Shown here in pieces: positions 28,597 to 39,102 of a DNA stretch of 64,000 bases. The stretch's first letter is position 1. The number at the start of each line of letters is the position of its first letter. Both the position numbers and the translations under genes were made by a program. Below the pieces are notes generated by a model. The model worked only from the letters and a program-made list of their open reading frames with translations. It ran no database searches and was not told the origin of the DNA. Origin of the DNA: Lautropia sp. (GTDB taxonomy: Bacteria > Pseudomonadota > Gammaproteobacteria > Burkholderiales > Burkholderiaceae_E); assembly GCA_030527825.1 (NCBI GenBank), contig JAUNAC010000002.1, forward strand, positions 256,001 to 320,000, written 5' to 3'.

Positions 28597-28866
28597 ATGA
28601 ACATCGAATTGCTGCTCTTTGCGAGTTTGCGTGAACGACTTGGCCTGCGGGGCGAACGGATTAGTTTGCCCGCGGACGTTGATACTGTTGCCACATTGCG
28701 TCAGTATCTGGCAGGACGCGGTGGGGCGTGGGCTGAGGCATTCCTGCCACCGCACACGGGTCGGGATATGTTGCGTGTTGCGGTTGACCAGCAGCTGGCC
28801 TGCCCGGAGACGCCATTACGCGAGGGCGCCGAAGTCGCCTTTTTTCCGCCGGTCACGGGGGGCTAG
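28597..28866 (+). CDS. moaD: Molybdopterin synthase sulfur-carrier subunit MoaD
   Basis: 89 aa, beta-grasp, C-terminal Gly-Gly. Confidence 0.88.
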   Translation: MNIELLLFASLRERLGLRGERISLPADVDTVATLRQYLAGRGGAWAEAFLPPHTGRDMLRVAVDQQLACPETPLREGAEVAFFPPVTGG

Positions 28867-28870
28867 ACGG

Positions 28871-29347
28871 ATGCAGCCTGTTGCCGAACCCTGTATCCGT
28901 GTCCAGAGCGGGGACTTTGATGTCGGCCATGAGCTTGCCTGCTTGCAGCAGCGGGCTGGCGATGCCGGTGCGGTGGCTTCATTTGTCGGCTATGTGCGTC
29001 GGGATGCCGCCGGACACCGCGATGCCGTCAGCGGTCTGACACTGGAGCACTATCCCGGTATGACCGAACGGGCGCTGGCTGACATCTGTCAACGTGCGAT
29101 GCTACGCTGGCCGCTGCTGGGCACCACGGTTATCCATCGGGTCGGACCCCTGGCCAGTGGAGCGCAGATTGTGCTGGTCGCGGTGGCTGCACGCCATCGC
29201 GACGCCGCCTTTGAAGCCTGCCGTTTCATCATGGATTTCCTCAAGACAGACGCTCCTTTTTGGAAGAAGGAGGTGCTTGCCAGCGGCGAAGAACGCTGGG
29301 TCGACGCCCGCGAGAGCGACGAGATGGCCCGCGAACGCTGGTGCTGA
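28871..29347 (+). CDS. moaE: Molybdopterin synthase catalytic subunit MoaE
   Basis: MoaE-length (158 aa) with conserved ...FVGYVRRD...LEHYPGM...KTDAPFWKKE. Start ATG 28871, immediately after moaD stop. Confidence 0.88.
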   Translation: MQPVAEPCIRVQSGDFDVGHELACLQQRAGDAGAVASFVGYVRRDAAGHRDAVSGLTLEHYPGMTERALADICQRAMLRWPLLGTTVIHRVGPLASGAQIVLVAVAARHRDAAFEACRFIMDFLKTDAPFWKKEVLASGEERWVDARESDEMARERWC

Positions 29348-29481
29348 GGACTTGGGGCCCGGCCCTCGCATTCCTATTCCGCGGGTATCGTCCTGGACAC
29401 ACACGGCATAGTGGATAGCTTCTGGATACCTGGCATACCCGGGGAGGCGGGCAGACCCGCGCGGATTTGTTCGGATGCGCC

Positions 29482-31002
29482 TCAGAGCAGCGGTGCTGCC
29501 AGGCGGGCCAGACTCGCCACCATCCGCTGGCTGAAGCTGCCCGGTTGGAAATCGGCATGTAGCTGCGTAGCCGACTCCAGATCCTTCAGGAACTGGCGTG
29601 CCATGACCGAGGTAGTCTTCTTGTCGTAGATTGCTGCCATGACTTCGAAATTGAGCCGGAAGCTGCGGTTATCCATATTGGCGGTGCCGATAGCCGAGAG
29701 CTCGTCATCAACCACCAGTGTCTTGGCATGAATGAAGCGTGGTACGTAGGCATAAACTTTCACCCGTCGGGTCAGCACCTCTTCCACGAAAGTCGAGGCG
29801 GCCAGTCCGGTCAGCAGCTGATCTGATTCCATCGGTACTAGCAGCCGGATGTCTACACCGCGCACGGCTGCAGTGGTCAGTGCGGTCATGATGGCTTCAT
29901 CGGGGATGAAATAGGGCGTTGTGATCCAGACACGATGGCGTGCCGAAGAGATCGCCGCGAAGAAGAAGCGATAGATTGCAGATTCGCCGCGATCTGGTCC
30001 GGAGTCGATGATCTGCACCCACGGCTGCAGGCCATCGCCCGCTTCCTCATGGTGAAACGGAAACCAGGCCTGAATGTCCTGCGGTGTGGTCAGCGCTTTG
30101 TCCAGACGAGCCAGATTGCCTGAACGTGTGCCGGCATACAGCCAGTCTTCCAGGAAAAGACGTTGCAGGTCAAGCGCGGCATTGCCCCTGAGGGCCAGAT
30201 GCGTATCCCGCCATGCGGTGACACCCGTGCAGCTGGCGGATTCGATGCGGTCAACGTTGATACCGCCCGTAAATCCGTAGAAAGCGTCGATGACCACGAT
30301 CTTGCGGTGGGTACGGAAGTTCACCATGCTGGGCCGGAACGGTACCAGGCGCGGGGGGTTAAAGACGCGGACTTCGCCGCCCGCTTGGCGCAGGGGCTGC
30401 CAGAAATCGTGATGGCAGCGCCCTGAGCCGACGGCATCAACCAGTATCCGTACCTTGACACCGGCGCGCGCCTTGTCCGTCAGCAGATCGCGCCAGCGGG
30501 TGCCGATCTCGTCTGGCTTGAAAATATAGTATTCCACATGGATCTGGCGTACAGCCTGTTGCATGGCTGTTTCGATGGCCGCATAGGCGGCATCACCATC
30601 GATCAGGATCTCAAGGCCCTGCACCTGACGGGGTGAGGCACTGCCACATTCGGTAGCCACCCGGGCCTGGGCCAGCAGCCAGTGGCGTGACGCCAGCGTC
30701 TCGGGCAGTTGCTGGTGGCGGCGTGGGCCATGATGGGCTGCCAGATGGCGGGCCAGCTCGCGACGTATGTTACGTCGTTTGAGTTTGCGCGGGCCAAACA
30801 CAAAATAGAAACCCAGGCTCAGTACTGGCAGACCTAAAGAGGCGAGGATCCACGACAGGGTGGCCAGTGGTGGCCGGCGCTGGCCTAACAGGAAAAGAAT
30901 GCTACCGATCTCCCAGGTGGCATAGAGCAGTACCCGGTGCGACACAGAGATGCTCTGCCATAGGAGGTTGAGCTCGGTGAGCAGGTGGTTAATGAATGGC
31001 AT
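29482..31002 (-). CDS. cls: Cardiolipin synthase (two PLD/HKD domains, N-terminal TM helices)
   Basis: Two HxK(x)4D motifs (HRKIVVID ; HAKTLVVDD). Two N-terminal TM segments. 506 aa. Confidence 0.9.
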   Translation of the reverse strand: MPFINHLLTELNLLWQSISVSHRVLLYATWEIGSILFLLGQRRPPLATLSWILASLGLPVLSLGFYFVFGPRKLKRRNIRRELARHLAAHHGPRRHQQLPETLASRHWLLAQARVATECGSASPRQVQGLEILIDGDAAYAAIETAMQQAVRQIHVEYYIFKPDEIGTRWRDLLTDKARAGVKVRILVDAVGSGRCHHDFWQPLRQAGGEVRVFNPPRLVPFRPSMVNFRTHRKIVVIDAFYGFTGGINVDRIESASCTGVTAWRDTHLALRGNAALDLQRLFLEDWLYAGTRSGNLARLDKALTTPQDIQAWFPFHHEEAGDGLQPWVQIIDSGPDRGESAIYRFFFAAISSARHRVWITTPYFIPDEAIMTALTTAAVRGVDIRLLVPMESDQLLTGLAASTFVEEVLTRRVKVYAYVPRFIHAKTLVVDDELSAIGTANMDNRSFRLNFEVMAAIYDKKTTSVMARQFLKDLESATQLHADFQPGSFSQRMVASLARLAAPLL

Positions 31003-31103
31003 CGTAAGGCATGAAGAAGTACCTGCCAGGCGAAATTATCACAAGAATATTTTCTGAGCCTGACAACCCGTTATATGACAGTTATTGACAAAAATGACTC
31101 GAT

Positions 31104-31132
31104 CTTGAATTCTGACTGAACAATCCCAATTT
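31104..31132 (+). promoter_or_regulatory. Putative sigma32 (RpoH) heat-shock promoter for clpB
   Basis: CTTGAAT - 14 nt - CCCAATTT versus consensus CTTGAAA-N13-15-CCCCATnT. Lies in the AT-rich 347-bp cls/clpB divergent region, ~215 nt upstream of clpB ATG. Confidence 0.5.
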
Positions 31133-31349
31133 TCAGGCCGTTCGGACATTCAAGAGAAGGGAAAAGCCTTGTTCATGGCGGGATTTCATGCTCAGAATGT
31201 CGCCTCATATACCCGCTCAGATTATCAGGCCAGGCCGGATGGTGTGTGCGGGTTTGGTCAGCTGCCAAGGTCGGGGCTGATCTGAAAGAATGCCATTGTT
31301 GCCTGGAAATTACGTCGATCAATAAGAGAAACTAAATAGAGAGAGATCC

Positions 31350-33983
31350 ATGCGAATAGAAAAACTTACCACACAGTTTCAGGAGGCTCTGTCTGATGCA
31401 CAGAGCCTGGCCGTCTCGGCCGACAATCCGTACATTGAACCGCTGCACGTTCTGTCTGCGGTGATCTCGCAGCCGGATGGTTCCGGGCGGGCGCTGCTCG
31501 AACGTGCCGGGGTACGCATTTCGTCCCTGCGGGCATCAGTCGATGCCGCGCTGAAAAACCTGCCCCAGGTCAGCGGTCAGTCGGGACAGCCTTCGGTCAG
31601 CCGTGAGCTGCTCAAGCTGCTGAACCAGGCGGAAAAGGATGCCGAGAAACGTGGCGACCAGTTCGTTGCCATTGAAATGTTCCTGCTGGCGCTGACCGAC
31701 GGTGATGGACGTCACGCCGGAGAGGCAGGCCGCCTGCTGGTGCAGGCCGGATTGACACACAAATCGCTACAGGCGGCGGTTGATGCCGTGCGCGGGGGCC
31801 AGTCCGTTGAATCTCAGGATGCCGAGGGACAGCGCGAGGCGCTCAAAAAATATACGCTTGACCTGACCGAGCGGGCACGACAGGGCAAGCTGGATCCGGT
31901 CATCGGCCGGGATGACGAAATCCGCCGTACTATCCAGATTCTGCAGCGTCGTTCCAAGAACAATCCGGTGCTGATCGGTGAGCCGGGCGTGGGCAAGACC
32001 GCCATTGTCGAGGGACTGGCCCAGCGGATTGTCAACGGCGAAGTGCCGGACTCCCTGAAGGACAAGCGCGTACTGGCGCTGGACATGGCGGCACTGCTGG
32101 CTGGTGCCAAGTACCGGGGCGAATTCGAGGAACGTCTGAAAGCCGTCCTTAAAGACATCGCAGCTGACGAGGGCCGGACCATCGTTTTCATCGACGAGAT
32201 TCACACCATGGTTGGTGCCGGCAAGAGCGATGGTGCCATGGATGCCGGCAACATGCTCAAGCCTGCGCTGGCGCGGGGTGAGCTGCACTGCGTGGGTGCC
32301 ACCACACTGGACGAATACCGCAAGTACATCGAAAAGGATGCAGCGCTTGAGCGCCGTTTCCAGAAAGTGCTGGTCGGCGAGCCGTCGGTGGAATCCACCA
32401 TCGCCATCCTGCGCGGTCTGCAGGAGCGCTACGAGATCCACCATGGCGTCGAGATCACCGATCCGGCCATCGTGGCGGCAGCCGAGCTGTCCAACCGCTA
32501 CATCACCGACCGCTTCCTGCCAGACAAGGCTATCGACCTGATCGACGAGGCCGCCTCGCGCATCAAGATGGAGATTGACTCCAAGCCCGAGGTCATGGAC
32601 CGCCTCGATCGCCGGCTGATCCAGCTCAAGATCGAGCGCGAAGCCGTGCGCAAGGAAACCGATGATGCGTCGAAGAAACGCCTTGAACTGATCGAACAGG
32701 AAATTACCCGTATCAGCAAGGAATACGCTGATTATGAGGAGATCCTCAAGGCCGAGAAAGCTGCCGTGCAGGGCAGCGCCCAGATCAAGGCCGAGATCGA
32801 TCAGCTGCGGGCGCAGATGGCGGAGCTGCAGCGCAAGGGCCAGTACGAGAAGCTGGCCGAGATTCAGTACGGCAAGCTGCCCGAGCTGGAGAAGCGTCTG
32901 GCCGAAGTCAACGCTGCCGAGAGCAACCTGAAGGCCGATGAGGCCGCTGTCTCTGGCAAGCCCAAGCTGCTGCGTACCGTAGTGGGCGCCGAGGAAATAG
33001 CCGAAGTGGTTTCGCGGGCTACGGGTATTCCGGTCTCCAAGATGATGGAAGGCGAGCGCGAGAAGCTGCTCAAGATGGAAGAGGAGCTGCACAAGCGCGT
33101 GGTGGGACAAGACGAGGCCGTCACTCTGGTGTCCGATGCCATCCGCCGCTCGCGTGCCGGTCTGGCCGACCCGAACCGGCCGTGGGGCTCCTTCCTGTTC
33201 CTGGGCCCTACCGGCGTGGGCAAGACCGAATTGTGCAAGGCACTGGCCCGCTTCATGTTCGATTCCGAAGATCACCTGATCCGCATCGACATGAGCGAGT
33301 TCATGGAGAAACACTCGGTGGCCCGCCTGATTGGTGCGCCCCCGGGATATGTCGGCTACGAGGAAGGCGGTTACCTGACCGAGGCGGTGCGGCGCAATCC
33401 GTACAGTGTGATCCTGCTCGACGAGATCGAGAAGGCACATCCCGATGTCTTCAACATCCTGCTGCAGGTGCTCGACGATGGCCGCCTGACCGACGGGCAG
33501 GGCCGTACCGTTGATTTTCGCAATACCGTGGTGGTCATGACCAGCAACATCGGTTCCGCGGAGATCCAGCGCCTGTCTGCCGACAAGACCCTGAACGATC
33601 CGGATGTGATCAAGGAAGCGGTCATGGGCGAGCTGCGCCAGCACTTCCGTCCCGAGTTCATCAACCGGATCGATGAAGTGGTGGTCTTCCACGGTCTGGA
33701 CGCCAAGCATATCCGCGACATCTCCGCCATCCAGCTGAAAAGCCTGGAAAAACGCCTGGCTGAACGTGATTTGCGGCTCTCGGTCAGTGAAGCTGCTCTC
33801 GATGAGCTGGCCAAGGTCGGCTTCGACCCCCTTTACGGCGCCCGGCCGCTCAAGCGGGCCATCCAGCAGAAACTGGAGAACCCCATCGCCAAGCGTGTAC
33901 TGGAGGGTCGCTACGCCCCGGACGAGACCATTCCGGTCGACTTCCAGGATGGGGCGTTTACCTTTGAGCGTAGCGGTGGATAG
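31350..33983 (+). CDS. clpB: ATP-dependent chaperone (disaggregase) ClpB
   Basis: 877 aa. Two AAA+ modules (GEPGVGKT ; GPTGVGKTE). Middle coiled-coil domain. Clp N-domain. Confidence 0.97.
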   Translation: MRIEKLTTQFQEALSDAQSLAVSADNPYIEPLHVLSAVISQPDGSGRALLERAGVRISSLRASVDAALKNLPQVSGQSGQPSVSRELLKLLNQAEKDAEKRGDQFVAIEMFLLALTDGDGRHAGEAGRLLVQAGLTHKSLQAAVDAVRGGQSVESQDAEGQREALKKYTLDLTERARQGKLDPVIGRDDEIRRTIQILQRRSKNNPVLIGEPGVGKTAIVEGLAQRIVNGEVPDSLKDKRVLALDMAALLAGAKYRGEFEERLKAVLKDIAADEGRTIVFIDEIHTMVGAGKSDGAMDAGNMLKPALARGELHCVGATTLDEYRKYIEKDAALERRFQKVLVGEPSVESTIAILRGLQERYEIHHGVEITDPAIVAAAELSNRYITDRFLPDKAIDLIDEAASRIKMEIDSKPEVMDRLDRRLIQLKIEREAVRKETDDASKKRLELIEQEITRISKEYADYEEILKAEKAAVQGSAQIKAEIDQLRAQMAELQRKGQYEKLAEIQYGKLPELEKRLAEVNAAESNLKADEAAVSGKPKLLRTVVGAEEIAEVVSRATGIPVSKMMEGEREKLLKMEEELHKRVVGQDEAVTLVSDAIRRSRAGLADPNRPWGSFLFLGPTGVGKTELCKALARFMFDSEDHLIRIDMSEFMEKHSVARLIGAPPGYVGYEEGGYLTEAVRRNPYSVILLDEIEKAHPDVFNILLQVLDDGRLTDGQGRTVDFRNTVVVMTSNIGSAEIQRLSADKTLNDPDVIKEAVMGELRQHFRPEFINRIDEVVVFHGLDAKHIRDISAIQLKSLEKRLAERDLRLSVSEAALDELAKVGFDPLYGARPLKRAIQQKLENPIAKRVLEGRYAPDETIPVDFQDGAFTFERSGG

Positions 33984-34048
33984 ACTCCCCCGACGGCGGG
34001 ATGTCGCGAGCGTGTGTTAGAAAGACGCGCGTGACGGATGCGTCCGGA

Positions 34049-34104
34049 AGAACACCCCGGTGTAACGCCAGTGCTGTGGCGGCCGGGGTGTTCTGCTTTC
34101 TTAT
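34049..34104 (+). terminator. Rho-independent terminator after clpB
   Basis: 12-bp outer stem AGAACACCCCGG/CCGGGGTGTTCT with inner 5-bp stem, followed by GCTTTCTTAT. Confidence 0.6.
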
Positions 34105-34345
34105 ATCCATCAGTGTACTTGCTGGCGCGTGATGGTCATCTGCGCTTCACTTGCGCCGGTTGCAGACGGATGCCATATGGCGATTCGCGATGCCTTGTCT
34201 TCCGATGAAAATGGCGTCCCGGACTGCATCCTCTACGCGACACCGGTCGGAAAGAACGCGTGTGCGGGCCCGACTTGCGGTATCGTGCCTCGATCTGCGT
34301 TCTTTCGCGGATTTCCTCCCTTTTTACTGTCATGCAGGAGACGTC

Positions 34346-34681
34346 ATGAGTGCATGGTTCGAACTGAGCAAGAGCAAGGACGGGCAGTTCCGTTTCGTCC
34401 TGAAGGCCGGCAATGCCGAGACCATTCTCACCAGCGAGTTGTATAAGGCCAGGGATTCGGCCCAGAACGGCATCAGGTCGGTGCAGACGCACAGCGGCAA
34501 CGATGCCCGCTATGAGCTCAAAACTGCAGCCAATGGCAAGTTCCATTTCAACCTGAAGTCAAGCAACGGTCAGGTGATTGGCACCAGCCAGCTTTATGCC
34601 ACCGAAGCCAGCCGGGCCAAGGGCATTGCCAGCGTCAAGGCCAATGGCGCCACCACGCAGATCAAGGATCTGACGGCCTGA
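34346..34681 (+). CDS. yegP: YegP-family protein (tandem DUF1508 repeats)
   Basis: Two DUF1508 repeats (WFELSKSKDGQFRFVLKAGNAETILTSELY ; ...YELKTAANGKFHFNLKSSNGQVIGTSQLY). AGGAG 6 nt upstream of ATG 34346. Confidence 0.85.
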   Translation: MSAWFELSKSKDGQFRFVLKAGNAETILTSELYKARDSAQNGIRSVQTHSGNDARYELKTAANGKFHFNLKSSNGQVIGTSQLYATEASRAKGIASVKANGATTQIKDLTA

Positions 34682-34721
34682 TTGATCGGCGCTGCATCTG
34701 TTCTGACGGATCTGTTGTTCC

Positions 34722-34752
34722 CCGGCGGGCATGGCCGGACCATGCCCGCCGG
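34722..34752. terminator. Perfect 13-bp-stem hairpin between convergent yegP and OPT genes (bidirectional terminator)
   Basis: CCGGCGGGCATGG-CCGGA-CCATGCCCGCCGG, perfect inverted repeat. Confidence 0.65.
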
Positions 34753-34796
34753 AGAGCGCTGACTGGCGGATGGCCAGCCAGCGCGGGGCGCCGGCC

Positions 34797-36887
34797 TCAG
34801 CGTGCCCGCTTGAGCACGCGCCATGCCAGGACCAGCGCGCCAGCGGCAAATGCCAGCAGCCCGAGGCGGGCCGCATTGTCGTCCCAGTTCTGCAGGGGCA
34901 GCGCAAGCGGGGCATCGGACCCCCCATTGGTCACCGAGAAGCCAACCACGAAGGCGAGGACCACGCCGACCAGGCTCTCGCCGACGATCAGGCCGGCAGC
35001 AAACAGGGTGCCGGTGCGATCGGCCTGTTTTTGGGCCGAGCTGGCCTCACCGTGCCGTGCGCGGATGCGGCGGCGCAGCAGGGCCGACAGCAGGGCACCC
35101 AGGACAATCGGCATGTTGACTGCAGGTGGCAGATAGATGCCCATGCCGACGGCAAGGATCGGCAGGCTCAGGGAGACCTTGCGACCACGGCTGAACCGCT
35201 TGAGCAGCAGGTCGATGGCGATCAGGATCACCCCAATGATGATGCCGGTGCAGATGTAGTTCCACTGCAGGCTATGCGAGAAGATGCCTTCGGCGATGGT
35301 GGTCATCAGGGTGGCCTGGGGGGCGGCGAGGGCCTGACTCATGTCCATGCCGGGACGTGGCAGGGTACCCGTGAAGCCATAGGCTTGATAGAGCATTTCC
35401 AGGACGGGGGCAATCACCACGGCGCCGATCAGGCAGCCGATGATCAGGGCCACCTGCTGGCGCCAGGGGGTGGCCTTGACCAGGTGCCCGGTCTTGAGAT
35501 CCTGCAGGTTGTCGTTCGAGATGGAGGCGACCGAGATGATGGCTGAGCCGCAGAACAGGGTCAGGGCCAGCATCAGGCGGCGGTTGGCTTCATCGGCGAA
35601 CAGGTGGGCGGATTCGGCCATCGCCAGCAGCACCAGCGAGATGATGATGACGGAGACGATGCCGACGCTGGAGATCGGGCTGGATGATGAGCCGACCAGG
35701 CCAGCCATGTAGCCGCAGGAGGCGGCCACCAGGAAGCCGATGACGAAGGTGAGCAGGGTACACAGACCGACCAGTGTCCAGGCAATGCCGCTGGAGATGT
35801 GGGCCCCGTCGATGAAATGATGAAAGGATAGCCCCAGCAGCAGCAGGGCGCCGAGCGTCCAGAGGATCATCGCGCGTGGAGACAGATCCTGTTCGATGCG
35901 CTGGCTGGGGGGCAGGTCGGCCGAGCCGAAGTTGCGAAAGGACAGCCGCACGCCTTCGATCATGGGTTTGAGCAGGGTCAGCAGTGTCCAGATGGCGGCA
36001 ATGCCGATGGTGCCGGCACCGATGAAGCGCACCTGATCCTTCCAGATCTTGAGCGCGAAGGTGGCCATATCCATATCGGCGGGCTGGGGCATATGGGAGG
36101 AGAACCAGGGAACGGCACCGCCCCACGCAATGGCGATGCCGACCAGGATGGCGATACCGCCAGAGAGCTCCACCAGATAGCCCGCTCCCAGCAGCGCCAG
36201 TGAAAAGCCCATGGGCAGCTGGAAGATGGCCTGGCCGGCCTTGAACCAGTAGCCGGCGCTATCGGACAGAATACGCAGGCCGTTGGTGCAGAAGCTGATC
36301 ACGCCGGCGAGCAGGCCACCGACGGCGATTTCACGGATGCCGGTTTCGGCCGTGCGGCTGGCTCCGGGCTGGGCTGTGGTGGATGGCGGGGCACCCTCCT
36401 CATCGGGGTGTTCGCCGCTGCCGGCCTTGAGAATCTCGGCGGCAGCCACCCCTTCCGGATAGGGCAGGGAGCTCTTGACCACCATGGCATAGCGCAGGGG
36501 TACCGTGAAAATGACACCAAGGATGCCGCCTGCCAGGCAGATCAACACGGTCTGCCAGAAGGGGAAGCCATGCCAGTAGCCGGCCATCAGCAGGCCGGGA
36601 ATGACGAAGATGACGGAAGACAGCGTGCCGGCGGCAGAAGCCTGCGTCTGCACCATGTTGTTTTCCAGAATGTTGCTGCCGCGGGCAAAGCGCAGCAAGG
36701 CCATGGAAATCACGGCAGCAGGAATGGAGGACGCAAAGGTCAGGCCGACTTTCAGGCCGAGATAGACGTTGGAGGCCGTAAATACCACGGTGATCAGGGC
36801 ACCCAGCAGCATGCCGCGCAGGGTCAGCTCGCGATAGTGGGCGTAGGGGTCCTGCGAGGCGGGCGTATCGGTGAAAGTGGTAGACAT
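34797..36887 (-). CDS. OPT-family oligopeptide transporter
   Basis: 696 aa, ~16 TM segments. OPT signatures (N-terminal YRELTLRG..LGxxxxVxFTAxNxYLGLKVGLTFASSIPAAV). Confidence 0.85.
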   Translation of the reverse strand: MSTTFTDTPASQDPYAHYRELTLRGMLLGALITVVFTASNVYLGLKVGLTFASSIPAAVISMALLRFARGSNILENNMVQTQASAAGTLSSVIFVIPGLLMAGYWHGFPFWQTVLICLAGGILGVIFTVPLRYAMVVKSSLPYPEGVAAAEILKAGSGEHPDEEGAPPSTTAQPGASRTAETGIREIAVGGLLAGVISFCTNGLRILSDSAGYWFKAGQAIFQLPMGFSLALLGAGYLVELSGGIAILVGIAIAWGGAVPWFSSHMPQPADMDMATFALKIWKDQVRFIGAGTIGIAAIWTLLTLLKPMIEGVRLSFRNFGSADLPPSQRIEQDLSPRAMILWTLGALLLLGLSFHHFIDGAHISSGIAWTLVGLCTLLTFVIGFLVAASCGYMAGLVGSSSSPISSVGIVSVIIISLVLLAMAESAHLFADEANRRLMLALTLFCGSAIISVASISNDNLQDLKTGHLVKATPWRQQVALIIGCLIGAVVIAPVLEMLYQAYGFTGTLPRPGMDMSQALAAPQATLMTTIAEGIFSHSLQWNYICTGIIIGVILIAIDLLLKRFSRGRKVSLSLPILAVGMGIYLPPAVNMPIVLGALLSALLRRRIRARHGEASSAQKQADRTGTLFAAGLIVGESLVGVVLAFVVGFSVTNGGSDAPLALPLQNWDDNAARLGLLAFAAGALVLAWRVLKRAR

Positions 36888-36997
36888 GATGTGAAAAGGT
36901 TCTCCCAGGTGTATCGGATGCAGGCGGCTGTGTCACCGACAGGATCTGTCAGGCGTCATTTTTCCTGTCGGAAGCCGAGATGGGGCAAGGCGTTGTC

Positions 36998-37843
36998 TCA
37001 GGAGCCGGCAGGGGCTGAGCCGCCCTCCGGCTTAGCACCCTCCGGGCCGGCCAGACCCGGCCAGTAGTGGCTGTCGGGCAGGGCCCGCGCGCCGAAGATG
37101 GCCTGTCCGACCCGCACCACGGTCGCACCTTCCTCGATGGCGATTTCGTAGTCTCCGGACATGCCCATCGACAGCTCGTCGAACTGCAGCCCGGCGGGCG
37201 CATCCTGGCGCAGGCGGTCACGCAGTGAGCGCAGCCGGATGAAGCATTTGCGCACCGCTTCCGCCTCGCTGGAAAAGAGCGCCAGTGTCATGAGGCCCCG
37301 CACACGCAGCGCGGAGAAACCGGGCAGCGCCTTGACGAAATCGCTGACGTTTTCAGGGTCCAGACCGAACTTGCTCGGTTCGCCCGAGGTATTGACCTGC
37401 ACAAATACATCCAGTGCCCGTCCCTCGGCCTGCAGGCGCCGGTCCAGGGCCTCAGCCACCCGCAGACTGTCCAGTGCCTGGAATTCGGCTGCGAATCTGG
37501 CCACCACCCGGGCCTTGTTGGTCTGCAGATGGCCGATCACCGACCACTGCAGATCCGCCAGATCCTGCATGGCCTGCCACTTGCCATAGGCTTCCTGAAC
37601 CTTGTTTTCCCCCAGCATGCGACAGCCGGCCGCATAGGCCAGGCGGATGCTGTCTTCGCCCTTGGTCTTGCTGACCGGCAGCAGCCGCACCGTGGCGGGA
37701 TCCCGCCCGACACGCTGGCAGGCGGCGGCAATGCGGGCGTGCACGGCGGCCAGGTTGTGACGGAAATCTTCCAGGCTGGTCGCTTGCTGGTAGCGACCAT
37801 GGCGGTCATGCGAAGTCTGTGTCTCGGGGGTCTGGGAAGACAT
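36998..37843 (-). CDS. yggS: YggS-family PLP homeostasis protein
   Basis: Alanine-racemase-N-like barrel. PLP lysine in LLPVSKTK. Conserved HxIGxLQxNK. N- and C-terminal low-complexity extensions relative to E. coli YggS. Confidence 0.85.
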   Translation of the reverse strand: MSSQTPETQTSHDRHGRYQQATSLEDFRHNLAAVHARIAAACQRVGRDPATVRLLPVSKTKGEDSIRLAYAAGCRMLGENKVQEAYGKWQAMQDLADLQWSVIGHLQTNKARVVARFAAEFQALDSLRVAEALDRRLQAEGRALDVFVQVNTSGEPSKFGLDPENVSDFVKALPGFSALRVRGLMTLALFSSEAEAVRKCFIRLRSLRDRLRQDAPAGLQFDELSMGMSGDYEIAIEEGATVVRVGQAIFGARALPDSHYWPGLAGPEGAKPEGGSAPAGS

Positions 37844-37959
37844 CGGATTGCTTTCGTAACGCAGGAGAGGCCCATTCTATCCCCGTTGCATTCCATTCTA
37901 TGACTATATAGATATGATGATTTCCCTAGTCGGGATGTAAGGTGTTGGCTGGGATGTGT

Positions 37960-38874
37960 CTATCCTGCTGCTGGCGGGTTCCGGATGCCGCTGATGACAT
38001 GACCGGCCGGGGTCTGGGCGCTGTGGGCCGAGTCACAGTGGCCGGTCTGGTCGTCAAAGAAGAAATCGGGCTGGAATTCGCGCAGGAAGGGGCCCTTTTT
38101 CAGGCCGCCCAGAAACAGGGCTTCATCCACTTCGACCTGCCAGTCCATCAGGGTACGGATGGCGCGCTCATGCGCAGGGGCGCTGCGCGCCGTGACCAGC
38201 GCGGTGCGGATGCGCATGTGTGCAGTGGTGCTCTGGCGCAGACGGTGCAGCGCCTCCAGAAAGGGTTTGAAGGGGCCGGGCGGCAGCGGGGTGGTGGCGC
38301 GGCTGACTTCATGATCCTGAAACGCGGTCAGGCCCTGGCTGGCATAGATCTGCTCGGCTTCATCGGAAAACAGCACGGCATCACCGTCAAAGGCGATGCG
38401 GACTTCGTCCGGGTGGGATTCGGCGCGCTGTGCGGACTGGGGGTAGACCCGGGCGGCGGGGCAGCCGGCCTGCAGCGCACCACGCACATCCTCGGCATTG
38501 GCGGACAGGAACAGATGGGCGCCCAATGGCTTCAGATAGGCGTAGGGCGGGCGGCCGCGTGTGAAGACACCGCGCTCCAGCGGGACGCAGTGCAGAGCGG
38601 CAGAGCGGAAGGCACGCATGCCGCTGGTCGGGTCATTGCGGGAGAGCAGCACCACATCCACCCGCCGTTCGCTGCTGTCGTTGAAGGCCAGCAGCTTTTT
38701 CACCAGCGGCATGGCCACACCGCCCTTGGCAGGCTCGTCCAGCAACTTGAGCTGATGCGCCATATAAGCGCGATCGTCTCCGGTTTCGAACAACCGGTTC
38801 TCTTCTTCGAAGTCCAGCAGGGCCCGGGAGGAGATTGCAACGATCAATTGGTTGGATGCAGGGCGGTTTGCCAT
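37960..38874 (-). CDS. Bacterial 5'-nucleotidase-family protein (HAD-like)
   Basis: LIVAISSRALLDFEEENRLFETGDDRAYMAHQ...RIAFDGDAVLFSDEAE...FFFDDQ pattern, typical of the bacterial cytosolic 5'-nucleotidase family. Family assignment is by recall and should be confirmed by HMM search. Confidence 0.6.
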   Translation of the reverse strand: MANRPASNQLIVAISSRALLDFEEENRLFETGDDRAYMAHQLKLLDEPAKGGVAMPLVKKLLAFNDSSERRVDVVLLSRNDPTSGMRAFRSAALHCVPLERGVFTRGRPPYAYLKPLGAHLFLSANAEDVRGALQAGCPAARVYPQSAQRAESHPDEVRIAFDGDAVLFSDEAEQIYASQGLTAFQDHEVSRATTPLPPGPFKPFLEALHRLRQSTTAHMRIRTALVTARSAPAHERAIRTLMDWQVEVDEALFLGGLKKGPFLREFQPDFFFDDQTGHCDSAHSAQTPAGHVISGIRNPPAAG

Positions 38875-39102
38875 GGTTCGGGCGCAGGGAAGGCAGAGTT
38901 GGGTCAGGGTAGCGCCCCGAGGCTCCTGCCTGGGCCTGGGTCGCGGTCTTCGGGTGATGTCTGGTTGATGAGGCGAGGACCGCCGGGCGGGCAGACGTTG
39001 TCCGAAGCAGACGGTCGCCGGGTCCCAGGGGATCCGTGCTGGCGTCGCTGGCCTCCGGGGGTATTATGCGTGCCAATCTTCCATTCTTCAGTGGGTACTG
39101 AC

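Noticed and set aside
29348-29481. Looked for a bidirectional terminator between convergent moaE and cls.
   Set aside because: Only short GC inverted repeats with sterically impossible loops (GGGCC-C-GGCCC). No convincing hairpin or U-tract.
37942-39102. 387-codon N-terminal extension of the decarboxylase ORF (track ORF 37942..41370, 1142 aa).
   Set aside because: The extension is the antisense frame of the 5'-nucleotidase gene and is not protein-like. Homology to CadA/LdcC/SpeF begins exactly at the internal ATG 39103 (MKFRFPVVIID).
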